Shown here: positions 17,450 to 26,549 of the stretch, in pieces
Layout: each line of letters opens with the position of its first letter
How positions within the stretch are numbered: position 1 is the stretch's first letter
Virus record (IMG/VR): IMGVR_UViG_3300005438_000006
Span: 5,852-69,851 of that record
Length of the DNA: 64,000 bases
Source: a virus
Taxonomy: Duplodnaviria; Caudoviricetes
Strand: one strand, 5' to 3'
The notes under the pieces: generated by a model
Databases searched by the model: none
What the model saw: the letters and a program-made list of their open reading frames with translations, nothing else
Told to the model about the DNA's origin: nothing
Program-made: the position numbers and the translations under genes

Positions 17450-18560
17450 AGACGTTCCTGATTCAACTCGCGGCGTCCGTCGCGGTCGCTCTGGCCTTTA
17501 CGGCTATCGGCCGCGCCGACCTCACTGCCGGACAGGAACTTGTCGCCATATGGGCGGCACTCATCCTCCTGCGTGCCCTGTTTATTCCACGCTACCCGAA
17601 GAACGCCGCTCTGCTGGAGTTTCTTCACAAACTAAAGCCAGGCGAAAAAGTGGAGGTTGAAGGTAAGTGAGTCTCCGTACGGGCATCGTCTGCCTCCAGG
17701 CGGCGACCTTCGTGGCCCTGTTCTTTCTCCTGCTTGCGCAGGGGGAAGACTGGCGCCTCGCGCTAGCTCAGGGGCTGCTTGCCATCATTACCGTGCTGGT
17801 GTACATCTGATGACGGTCCACGAGTTCGTGAGCCAACTTCAGGATGCTTTGGACGAGGCGGCCGCGCGGAGGCGGTCGAGCAAGGAGGTCATCATCTCCT
17901 TCATTGCTCCAAGCTCGGGCTTCTGTGGCCCCACCATCCGGCCGCGGTTCCTGGGCTACACGGATGAGACGAAGACGATCAAGCGGGGAGTCCCGGCCGA
18001 GGGTCGCTACGGCCTCACGCGCTCGCAGGTCGAGCGGTTGATGGAAGCCTTCAGCGTGACGTTGCCGCCGGAGTCTGAGTTCGCATGAGCGAGTCCGGTG
18101 AGCAGCCGGTAGCGCGGCGCTGCACGATCTGCGGCCTGAGCTACCCCAACGACCCCAAGTGGGAGAAGTGCGCGCAGTGTGGGGAGCCGACTGCCATCAT
18201 CGGGAACGCAGAACCAAATATCACTGACGAGGCCGCAACGACGCTGCTGCGGAATCGTGAATTCGAGGAGTACCTGGAGAAAGAAGGGAAGGCATGAAGG
18301 GCAAACTCATCACCCGTCGCATCGAGTTGGACTACACGACCGTCGCCGAGCCGCTACCGATTGAGGCCGTGATGGCTGACATCGAAGAGTGTTGCACGCG
18401 TTACTTCGAGTATCCAGAGGTTGTCGTGTTGTGGGAGCACCAGTGGGACTGGATGACCAGGCACGTAGACAACACCGGCAGCTATATGTATGGCGCCCCC
18501 GACGAGCGTGTTGGTTACAAATCCATTATCGGCATCCGGGTGAGGTTCGCGAATGCCTGA
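17446..18560 (+). CDS. run of small ORFs: 17446-17670 (TM), 17667-17810 (TM), 17810-18088, 18085-18297 (CxxC Zn finger), 18294-18560
   Basis: All overlap by 1-4 nt. Confidence 0.5.
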
Positions 18561-20484
18561 GAAAATCACTGAACGTCGCATTATCGAGTTCGATGTTGAG
18601 ACCACGGGTCTCCAGTGGTACGCCCACGAATTGTTCATGGCGCAGTTCTACGATCCCACCGACGAGGAGTGCGTCACCTACCCACGCTACTGCTCAAACT
18701 GCGGCGGTGACGTAGAGGACAGCGGTTGCATGAAGTGTGGAGAGCCGATTGAGCCGCACACGGAGGCCGTCATTCTCCGCCATCCCCAGGACAAAGATGA
18801 AATTCAGCGCTGGCTGAACAAGGACGCCTACTTCCGGGCGTGGAACTCCAAGTTCGATCTTCACCATCTGGAGTCGGCGGGCTACACGCTACCGCCGCGG
18901 GATCGCTGGGAAGACGGGATGCTCATCGCACACGTACTGGATGAGCGCCGCAGCGTGGCCCTCCAGGCGGTCGGCGACAAGATGTTCGGCACGGATAACC
19001 CGTGGCCGGAGGGCGCAGGCATTGAGTTGGAGAAGGCCGTCAAGGCGTGGATCAGCGCCGAGAACAAAAAGCGCCGGAAACACAGCAAGGACACGGGCGA
19101 GAAATTCGTCATCGCGAACTACTCTGACGTGCCCGCCGAGTTGATGGAGCCGTACGCAGGCCACGACGTTGAACTCCAGCGCCGCATCTGCGATGCCATC
19201 GGTCCACAGTTGGAGTCGAACCCCGACCTCGAAGGCGTCTACGAGTTGGAGCGCAAAGTGCTGTCGGCGCTCTACGATGTGGAGGCGCTGGGGATGGGGA
19301 TTGATGAGGCTGGCGCCCGCAAGCTGGAGGTCGAACTTGAAAACGAACTGACCAAGATTCGTCTCGACCTGTTCGAGTTGGCAGGCAACGATGAGTTCAA
19401 CCCGAACTCTCCGATCCAACTCGCGGAGGCGTTCGAACGTCGGGGTGTGGACCTGAGTCACGTCGAAAAATCTGGGAAGACCGGCCGCCGGTCGATGGCT
19501 GCCGACGTGCTGGAGGGCCTGGACGACGACCTCGCCCGGCGGATTGACGACTTCCGCGGCGCGGACAAGATGATGTCTACCTACGTCTGGCCGCTGTTGC
19601 ATGACCAGCCGGACACCGACATGGGCTACCGCTACGCCACGCTCCACACGGATGGGCGTCTGCACACGGACCTGCGCCAGGTTGGCGCCCGCACCGGGCG
19701 GATGTCATCCAGCCCGAACGTGCAGAACTGGCCTCGCGACGATCTGCGTATGCGGCATTTGGTGTGCGCGGATGAAGGCAAAAAACTCGTCGCCGTTGAC
19801 CTCGACAGCATCGAGCTTCTGATCTTCGCCGCCTTCCTGGGGTCGGAATCCATCATCCTCGACATGATGAAAGACCCCGACGCCGACATGCACACCCACA
19901 CTGCCAACATGATCGGCTTGAAACCCCGCGACCGCGGCCTGGGTGTGGTGGAATCTCCGCGCCAGCGCGGCAAGAAGTTCAACTACGAACGCATTTACGG
20001 CGGCGGCATCAAAGCCATCAAGAAATGGCACGGTGTTGACACGCCGACTGCGCGGAAATGGCTGCTGCGTTACTACGAAGCGTACCCGGAAGTCGAAGAG
20101 TTCCAGGACATGATCGAGTTGCGTCTAGAAGAACGTGGGTTCGTGAAGACGCCGTTTGGACGGCGCCACCGCGCCTACAACCCACAGTTCGCTGACCGGG
20201 AGTCCTACAAGTTCGTCAACTACCTCGTACAGGGCACGGCCGCCGACCTCTTCAAGGAAGCCGTAGTACGGACGCATGAAGCAGGCATCCCGATGATCGC
20301 GCTGACGCACGACGAGATTCTGGCGGAAGTAGACGCGGCCGATGCGGAGGAAGCCAAACACGACATCCAGACGTTCATGTGTGACTTCCCCAACATCAAC
20401 AAGCTGATTCAGATCAGCGCTGAGGGCGACATCGTTGACAGGTGGAGCCAGGCTAAAAACCCGAAGTTCGATCCGGGATGGTGA
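18553..20484 (+). CDS. polA: family A DNA polymerase with 3'-5' exonuclease domain
   Basis: FDVETTG, WNSKFD, RTGRMSSSPNVQN, DLDSIEL, KKFNYERIYGG, QGTAAD, THDEI. Confidence 0.95.
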   Translation: MPEKITERRIIEFDVETTGLQWYAHELFMAQFYDPTDEECVTYPRYCSNCGGDVEDSGCMKCGEPIEPHTEAVILRHPQDKDEIQRWLNKDAYFRAWNSKFDLHHLESAGYTLPPRDRWEDGMLIAHVLDERRSVALQAVGDKMFGTDNPWPEGAGIELEKAVKAWISAENKKRRKHSKDTGEKFVIANYSDVPAELMEPYAGHDVELQRRICDAIGPQLESNPDLEGVYELERKVLSALYDVEALGMGIDEAGARKLEVELENELTKIRLDLFELAGNDEFNPNSPIQLAEAFERRGVDLSHVEKSGKTGRRSMAADVLEGLDDDLARRIDDFRGADKMMSTYVWPLLHDQPDTDMGYRYATLHTDGRLHTDLRQVGARTGRMSSSPNVQNWPRDDLRMRHLVCADEGKKLVAVDLDSIELLIFAAFLGSESIILDMMKDPDADMHTHTANMIGLKPRDRGLGVVESPRQRGKKFNYERIYGGGIKAIKKWHGVDTPTARKWLLRYYEAYPEVEEFQDMIELRLEERGFVKTPFGRRHRAYNPQFADRESYKFVNYLVQGTAADLFKEAVVRTHEAGIPMIALTHDEILAEVDAADAEEAKHDIQTFMCDFPNINKLIQISAEGDIVDRWSQAKNPKFDPGW

Positions 20485-20558
20485 AGGCTATGCTTATTGG
20501 TGCGGGCGTTGGGCTAGCGGCCGGTGCCTACGCCTGGGCGCTGGTTGGCCTTGCGTTG

Positions 20559-20586
20559 TTGACGCGGGCGATATTCTAGTTATGAA
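20559..20586 (+). promoter_or_regulatory. TTGAC-N7 promoter-like motif, copy 4
   Basis: TTGACG-cgggcga-TATTCT-AGTTATGAA, at the head of the HD-exonuclease-RtcB-ligase run. Confidence 0.6.
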
Positions 20587-20601
20587 GACGATGAAAGGAG
20601 A

Positions 20602-21114
20602 TTGATGCAGCGCTACGAAGCCCTTAGACATGCAGTCCGCGCCCACGGTAGCGATACCGATTGGGGTGGTCAGCTTTACGTGCTGCATCCGATGGCGGTA
20701 GCGGAACGCGTTGAAGCGAACTGGCTGCGCGTTCCAGGGATAAACGAATTCGGCGCGCTGCCGAACGGGGCTAGCTATGAGTCCGGCGCCATTGTGGCGC
20801 TCCTTCACGATGTGTGGGAGGACACCGACTATGAGCTTCGCCGCGAGTGGTTCACGCCGGAGCAGTGGGACGCGCTGAATCGCGTCACCCGCTGGCCGAC
20901 TGAAACCTACCGCGAGTACATCGAGAAGGCCGCTGGGTCCACGCTCTCCACCATCGTCAAGCTGGCAGACCTCTCCCACAACATGAGCGACGAGCGCAAG
21001 GTAGGGCTAACGGAGAAGCAACTGGAAGCAGCCGCGGGGCTTCAGGAGAAGCGCTACGAACCATCGCGGGACCGGCTCTGGGAAGCGCTCGGCGCCGAGT
21101 GGTGGCCCGAGTGA
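20602..21114 (+). CDS. RelA/SpoT-type HD hydrolase (small alarmone hydrolase-like)
   Basis: YVLHPMAVA, ALLHDVWEDT, ETYREYI, IVKLADLSHNM. Confidence 0.75.
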   Translation: MMQRYEALRHAVRAHGSDTDWGGQLYVLHPMAVAERVEANWLRVPGINEFGALPNGASYESGAIVALLHDVWEDTDYELRREWFTPEQWDALNRVTRWPTETYREYIEKAAGSTLSTIVKLADLSHNMSDERKVGLTEKQLEAAAGLQEKRYEPSRDRLWEALGAEWWPE

Positions 21115-21728
21115 CCGGCCGCGAGCCTGAAGGCCGTCGCCGCGACGGTGAGATTTACATCTCCGTTGATGTCGAGACTGATGGCCCGATTCCCGGCGAC
21201 TGCAACATGGTCAGCGTGGGAGCGTCGCTCTGTGGGAAGTTCAAGTCGTTCTCGGGGTTCTCGCGCATCGACAACGGCGCGACCTTCTACCGCGAGTTGA
21301 CAACGGAGTTCACCGGCGATCCCGACACGAAACGGTGGCTGGCTGGGCAGGGTTTTGAGATAGACAGCCCACAGGCGGTTCATCCCGCCACGGCGATGCG
21401 CCACTTCAAGGAGTGGGTCGAGCGGCTGTCGGATTCCTTCGAAGCGCGGGCGGTGTACGTGGCCTACCCGCTGGGGTTCGACTGGTCCTTCACCCACTGG
21501 TACTTCGAGCACTACCTTGGCCCGAAATCCGATCCCTTCGGGTTCAGCAACGCGCTCGACATCAAGACGATGTTCATGGCGAAGTCCGACCGCGCTCTGC
21601 TCGGCAGCCTGAAGCGCAACATGCCTCGGGAGGTCAAGCGCGTGAAGACCCCGCACACCCACAACGCCAAGGACGACGCAGTCGGCCAGGGCGAACTGTT
21701 CGCAAACCTGATGGAATGGAGGCCCTGA
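21111..21728 (+). CDS. DEDD 3'-5' exoribonuclease (Rv2179c-like)
   Basis: ISVDVETDGPIPG, AYPLGFDW, HTHNAKDDA. Confidence 0.82.
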   Translation: MTGREPEGRRRDGEIYISVDVETDGPIPGDCNMVSVGASLCGKFKSFSGFSRIDNGATFYRELTTEFTGDPDTKRWLAGQGFEIDSPQAVHPATAMRHFKEWVERLSDSFEARAVYVAYPLGFDWSFTHWYFEHYLGPKSDPFGFSNALDIKTMFMAKSDRALLGSLKRNMPREVKRVKTPHTHNAKDDAVGQGELFANLMEWRP

Positions 21729-23077
21729 TGTACAGGATGACGACGCCGTATCGAGACTTGACGATCTTCGGGGACGCTGACGACAACACGGTCGCGCAGA
21801 TGAACAACTGCCTCGACGTGCAGTCCGGCTCCAAAGGTGTGCTGTGCGCCGACAACCATCTCGGTTACGCGCAGCCGGTTGGTGGGGTTGTGGCCTACCT
21901 GGAGCGCATCAGCGTGAGCGGCGTGGGGTACGACATCGGCTGCGGCAACAAGGCTGTCGAGACGAACCTCATGGCGGCCGACGTGGACATTCCCGCGGTT
22001 ATGGATGAGATTGAGCGCCGCGTCGCCTTCGGCATCGGGCCGAACCCAGGCGAGAAGGCGCCCGACCATCCAGTCCTCGACTCCATCCGCGAGGCCGACT
22101 TCGCCCCGCAGCGGGCGCTGCTCGACAAGGCGGCGAACCAGCTTGGCACGGTCGGCGGCGGGAACCACTACGTGGACCTCTTCGAAGATCAGGATGGGAA
22201 GCTGTGGATCGGGGTCCACTTCGGCAGCCGCGGCTTCGGCCACACGACCGCCAACGGCTTCATGTGGATGTCGCGCGGCAAACCGTTCCAGACGAAGGCG
22301 GAGTTCAAGGAGGACTTGATGGCCGATCCCATCACCTTCCGCACCGACTCCGCTGAGGGCGAAGCCTACCTCGCCGCGATGAAGCTGGCGGGTGAGTACG
22401 CCTACGCCGGGCGCGACGTGGTCGTGGGCCGCGTCCTCGAAATCCTGGGCGCGGAGGCCGTCTTCGAAGTCCACAACCACCACAACTACGCGTGGGTCGA
22501 GGAACACTTCGGTGAGACCTGGCACGTCGTGCGCAAGGGCGCCACGCCCGCCTGGCCGGGACAGCTTGGCTTCGTGGGGTCCACGATGGGCGAGAACTCC
22601 GTCATCCTGCGGGGCGCGGAGGGTCTGGGGCACCGCGGCGAGCGCTCCGACCGGCAACTAGAGGCGCTGTTCTCGACGGTCCACGGTGCTGGGCGCGCGA
22701 TGTCGCGGTCCCGCGCGGCCGGGAAGCAGAAGAAACGCTGGACCTGCAACAACCGGGACTGTGACTGGTTCCAGCCGAAGGGCACGCACAAACCGGACGA
22801 TGGCAATTGCCCGAAGTGCGGCCACCCGAAACTGTCGAAGCAATGGGTGCAGATGGAGCAGGGCGAGATAGACTGGAACGCTGAACACGAGTACGTCACG
22901 CAGGCGAACAAGGTGGAGCTTCGCGGCGCTGGCGCCGAGGAGGCGCCGGGAGCCTACAAGCGGCTGCCGGAGGTTCTGGAGGTTCTGGAGGCGATGGGCG
23001 AGACCATCGAGGTCATCAACACGCTGCGCCCGTTGGGCGTGGCGATGGCGCCGAACGGGGTACCCGCCGATGATTGA
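21728..23077 (+). CDS. rtcB: RtcB-family RNA 3'-phosphate/5'-OH ligase
   Basis: CADNHLGY, GYDIGCG, GTVGGGNHY, HFGSRG, HNHHNYAW, VVRKGAT, HGAGR, EEAPGAYK; start taken at ATG 21728. Confidence 0.93.
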   Translation: MYRMTTPYRDLTIFGDADDNTVAQMNNCLDVQSGSKGVLCADNHLGYAQPVGGVVAYLERISVSGVGYDIGCGNKAVETNLMAADVDIPAVMDEIERRVAFGIGPNPGEKAPDHPVLDSIREADFAPQRALLDKAANQLGTVGGGNHYVDLFEDQDGKLWIGVHFGSRGFGHTTANGFMWMSRGKPFQTKAEFKEDLMADPITFRTDSAEGEAYLAAMKLAGEYAYAGRDVVVGRVLEILGAEAVFEVHNHHNYAWVEEHFGETWHVVRKGATPAWPGQLGFVGSTMGENSVILRGAEGLGHRGERSDRQLEALFSTVHGAGRAMSRSRAAGKQKKRWTCNNRDCDWFQPKGTHKPDDGNCPKCGHPKLSKQWVQMEQGEIDWNAEHEYVTQANKVELRGAGAEEAPGAYKRLPEVLEVLEAMGETIEVINTLRPLGVAMAPNGVPADD

Positions 23078-23216
23078 CCCCGATGAGGAGATACGGCGCG
23101 ACTTGGAAGAACAGGCGCGCGAGGAGCAGTATCAGGAAGAACGCGAAGCCGAAGAATATCGGCGTCTGGAAGAGGAGGAATATTACCGTGAGCTTCAGGA
23201 AGCAGGTCTAGCATGA
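23070..23216 (+). CDS. 48-aa very acidic (Glu-rich) peptide
   Basis: Read by hand; overlaps rtcB and the ligase gene. Confidence 0.5.
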   Translation: MIDPDEEIRRDLEEQAREEQYQEEREAEEYRRLEEEEYYRELQEAGLA

Positions 23217-24121
23217 CTGATTTCAAGCCGATGCTGGCGCACTCCAAGTCGCCCGACCCGGAGACGCTTGACTACCCCGTGCTGGTGCAGCCCAAGCTCG
23301 ACGGCATCCGCGCCGTCGTGAAGGGCGGCCGCCTGCTCTCGCGGACGCTGAAACCGATTCCCAACGCTTCAATTCGCGCGGTGCTGGAGCAGCCGCAGTT
23401 CGAGGGTTTGGACGGTGAGCTAATCGTCGGCGATCCCACGGCGGATGACTGCTACCGGCGGACGTGCTCGTTCGTGATGGCGGAAGACAAGACTGACGAG
23501 GAGTGGACGTTCTACGTCTTCGACAAGCATGATTCCGATGCTCCCGTAGAGATACGTATCGACAGTGTTGTTCGCACTTTCGGCGCTACCGCCCCCGTTA
23601 AGCATCCCAACATCGAAACGATTATGACTAGTCCGGCGCTAAGTGCTGAGGCGTTGGCAGCCGTCGAGGCTTCCTGTATAGCGCACGGCTATGAGGGCGT
23701 AATTATTCGCACGCTTGGCAGCGCCTACAAGTTCGGCCGCTCCGGTAAACGCGGGCCGCTGCTGAAGCTGAAGCGCTACATCGACTACGAGGCCGAGGTT
23801 GTGGGGGTGGTCGAGGAGCTACACAATGGCAACGAGGCTCGGACGAATGAGCTTGGCCGCACTGAGCGGTCATCCCACGCCGAGAACAAGACCGGCAAAG
23901 GGACGCTGGGCGCGCTGATCGTTCGCGCCATCAACGGCCCGCATGAGGGCGTCGAGTTCAAAGTCGGGACCGGCTTCACTGCCGAGCAGCGCGCTGATTT
24001 GTGGTACGCAGAAGACTGCATCGGTCGCGTCGTCAAGATCAAGTCCTTCCCGGTCGGCACGAAAGACCGGCCGCGGCACCCGGTTTGGTTGGGATGGCGC
24101 GACCTGTCAGTGGACGGATGA
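23213..24121 (+). CDS. ATP-dependent DNA ligase
   Basis: QPKLDGIR, GLDGEL, FYVFD, YEGVIIR, LLKLK, FKVGTGF, RHPVWLGWRD. Confidence 0.93.
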   Translation: MTDFKPMLAHSKSPDPETLDYPVLVQPKLDGIRAVVKGGRLLSRTLKPIPNASIRAVLEQPQFEGLDGELIVGDPTADDCYRRTCSFVMAEDKTDEEWTFYVFDKHDSDAPVEIRIDSVVRTFGATAPVKHPNIETIMTSPALSAEALAAVEASCIAHGYEGVIIRTLGSAYKFGRSGKRGPLLKLKRYIDYEAEVVGVVEELHNGNEARTNELGRTERSSHAENKTGKGTLGALIVRAINGPHEGVEFKVGTGFTAEQRADLWYAEDCIGRVVKIKSFPVGTKDRPRHPVWLGWRDLSVDG

Positions 24122-24312
24122 TGGGACTGAGCAAGGCACATAAGGAACTCATCAAGGATGCAGAAGAGGCAGGCGGCCGTGTCGTCAAGAAGGCAAAGGG
24201 CCTTATGATCCACGGACCAAATGGAAGCGCGATGATTCACACTACTACTTCAGACAAGCGGGCGCTCGCCAACGCGCGTGCTGACATCAAGAGAGCGGGG
24301 TTGGAGATATGA
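24118..24312 (+). CDS. HicA-like dsRBD-fold protein
   Basis: KELIKDAEEAGGRV...HTTTSDKRALANARADIKRAG, like actinophage HicA-like proteins. Confidence 0.6.
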   Translation: MMGLSKAHKELIKDAEEAGGRVVKKAKGLMIHGPNGSAMIHTTTSDKRALANARADIKRAGLEI

Positions 24313-24820
24313 AGAATTATCTTTTCGTGAACGTTGATGAATGGTACGGTCTGTATGACGATACGGACCTAGTAAGCGAGCATCACTCGCTCAGTGTGCG
24401 CGAGCTTGCGCGCATCACTGGAGACAAACCATTCACCTTGCGTGCTCCAGAAGCGGAACTAACGGAGTTTGATGATTACGTCACCAACCACGGCGGCTGC
24501 CCGAAGACGCGGGCTGAGGCAGAGAAATTACTGGCAACGGAGGTCGGCGGGTGAGTAATCCCACCATTGCCGCCTTCCACACGATTCGCGCGGCCGCGGG
24601 CCTCACTTCCCAGCGGCCGCCTCGTCCTGGTGTACATACGCTGCCTGCCATCATCAAGGGACCATTTGTGCCTTTCTGGCGGCACCCGATTTGGTGGTGG
24701 AAGATGCGGCACTTGCGCGCTGATATACGATTGTTGGAGAGCGAAGTTGACCCGGCATTCTCGAAGCGGATGCGGGAACTAGAAGACGAGGCATTTCTCT
24801 ACGGAAAGGGGGACGTATGA
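24309..24820 (+). CDS. two hypothetical proteins (24309-24554; 24551-24820)
   Basis: Coupled ORFs. Confidence 0.5.
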
Positions 24821-25302
24821 GCAAAATCGACACGCGCCCGCTGTGGCTCTGCGTGGACCCCGGCGAGACGACGGGCTTCAGCCTGTGGGACGAAGACGGC
24901 AATCTCGTGTGGGCTGACCAGCTTCCGATGTGGAACTTCATCGACGCTGTGTACCAGTGGGCCACGGACGGCCTCATCCCGCGGACGCTGATGGAAAATG
25001 ACGAGCATCTGGATCACGACCTTGGCGCCGTGGTCTGCGAGGAGTGGCAGCTTTACCCCTGGGAGCTTCAGAACCTGGCCTGGGATAAATGCCGCACCGC
25101 CCGCGCCATCGGCGCGCTAACGCTGATCTGCCGCCAGTTCGGCAAGAAGCTGGTCTTCCAGGGCGCTGACATCAAGAACCCCGCGCAGGCCGCCGGGGCG
25201 GAGGCGCTGTACCTGGAACCCGTCCACGAGAACCGTCACGCCAACGACTCCATTCAGCACGGCGTCTTCTACCTCGCCAAGAACGGAGGCCCGCCCGCGT
25301 GA
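24817..25302 (+). CDS. RuvC-like Holliday junction resolvase
   Basis: LCVDPGETTG, VVCEEW, HANDSIQH. Confidence 0.8.
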   Translation: MSKIDTRPLWLCVDPGETTGFSLWDEDGNLVWADQLPMWNFIDAVYQWATDGLIPRTLMENDEHLDHDLGAVVCEEWQLYPWELQNLAWDKCRTARAIGALTLICRQFGKKLVFQGADIKNPAQAAGAEALYLEPVHENRHANDSIQHGVFYLAKNGGPPA

Positions 25303-26540
25303 TTGACGGAGTTGCACAACCGGCCGCCTTGAAGCAAAACAACAACGGCGTTGCTACGGTGACTGCACAGCAGCTTGCCGGACAGTATGGCGGGAAGTGG
25401 GGCAAGCGCGCTGTGACTGCCGCCGCCGTGGCGCAGTTGGCTTGGCCCGCAGTGAAGGCGGCGCGGGAATGGTACCGCGGCCGGAGCGGTAGCTACACCC
25501 TCACGGTGCAGGGCGAAGACACGCTGTACGCCGACATCCACGCGTGGGTGATGAAGCAAATGCCCGACATTGATCGGCGGGCGTTGACGGCTAGCACCGA
25601 AATCGACTACGACGCCGAAGACAACGAGGTACCGAGCATTCGGCTGGGCTTCGATGGCAACATTGAGCAGCAGATCACCATCGCTGGGCATCCGGTAGTG
25701 GTGAAGGTTGCGCGGGAGAACCTGCCTGACCGCATCAGCTTGTCGTCGGACAACTGGCGCATGAGCATGGAGAAAATCCTCTTCACCACTGACACGCTGG
25801 CAGCGCGCGAGGCCGTTGTGGAGGCTCTGGGCGCGCTCGCCGAGGAGAAGTACAAGAACGATGAGCCGCCCCCGTTGATGATGCCGAGCCGCTGGGGTGG
25901 TGGATGGCAGAAGCGTGCCGATCTGCCGACGCGCGGGATCGACTCCGTCATTCTGAAGGCGGGGCAGTTGGAGACGCTCTACACGGACCTCCGCAGCTTC
26001 CTGGACGCTGAGGAACGCTACGTGACGATGTCGCAACCTTGGCACCGTGGCTACCTCTTCCACGGACCACCTGGGACCGGGAAGACCTCCATTGCGCGGG
26101 CGCTGGCAACCGAGTTCGATCTGCCAACGTACTATCTGCCACTGGGCGACATCGCGAAAGACTCCGATCTGATGCAACTGGTCGCGGGCATCAAACCGCG
26201 CTCAGTCCTCCTGCTGGAGGACGTGGATAGCTTCCACGCGGCTACCGACCGCAGCGATGAGAAGGACCACGCCTCAGTGGCAACGCTGCTCAACGCTCTC
26301 GACGGCGTGTGGACGCCTCACGGCCTCATCACCATGATGACGACGAACAACCGCGAGGCACTGGACCCAGCGCTCATTCGGGCTGGCCGGATCGACGTGG
26401 ATGAGGAACTAAGTGTGCTCGATGCAGATCAGGCAATGCGGCTCGCTGAGCGCTTGAAGCCTGGCGGACTGGACAACGCTGCTAAGTTTGTAGGGAGAGC
26501 GCCGTCAGAGTTGATCGAGCACATCCGCAATAACGAGTAA
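25299..26540 (+). CDS. BCS1-like AAA+ ATPase
   Basis: WHRGYLFHGPPGTGKTS, LLLEDVD, LLNALDG, TTNNREALDPALIRAGRID. Confidence 0.9.
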   Translation: MIDGVAQPAALKQNNNGVATVTAQQLAGQYGGKWGKRAVTAAAVAQLAWPAVKAAREWYRGRSGSYTLTVQGEDTLYADIHAWVMKQMPDIDRRALTASTEIDYDAEDNEVPSIRLGFDGNIEQQITIAGHPVVVKVARENLPDRISLSSDNWRMSMEKILFTTDTLAAREAVVEALGALAEEKYKNDEPPPLMMPSRWGGGWQKRADLPTRGIDSVILKAGQLETLYTDLRSFLDAEERYVTMSQPWHRGYLFHGPPGTGKTSIARALATEFDLPTYYLPLGDIAKDSDLMQLVAGIKPRSVLLLEDVDSFHAATDRSDEKDHASVATLLNALDGVWTPHGLITMMTTNNREALDPALIRAGRIDVDEELSVLDADQAMRLAERLKPGGLDNAAKFVGRAPSELIEHIRNNE

Positions 26541-26549
26541 AGGAGAATC

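Noticed and set aside
15197-20484. 2-aminoadenine (Z) or other modified-base pathway suggested by HD nucleotidase, dNMP kinase and PolA
   Set aside because: No PurZ, MazZ, thymidylate-synthase-like or glycosyltransferase gene is visible in the window.
21413-21727. N-terminal extension of RtcB in the ORF track
   Set aside because: It overlaps the exonuclease gene; the TGATG-coupled ATG at 21728 matches normal RtcB length.
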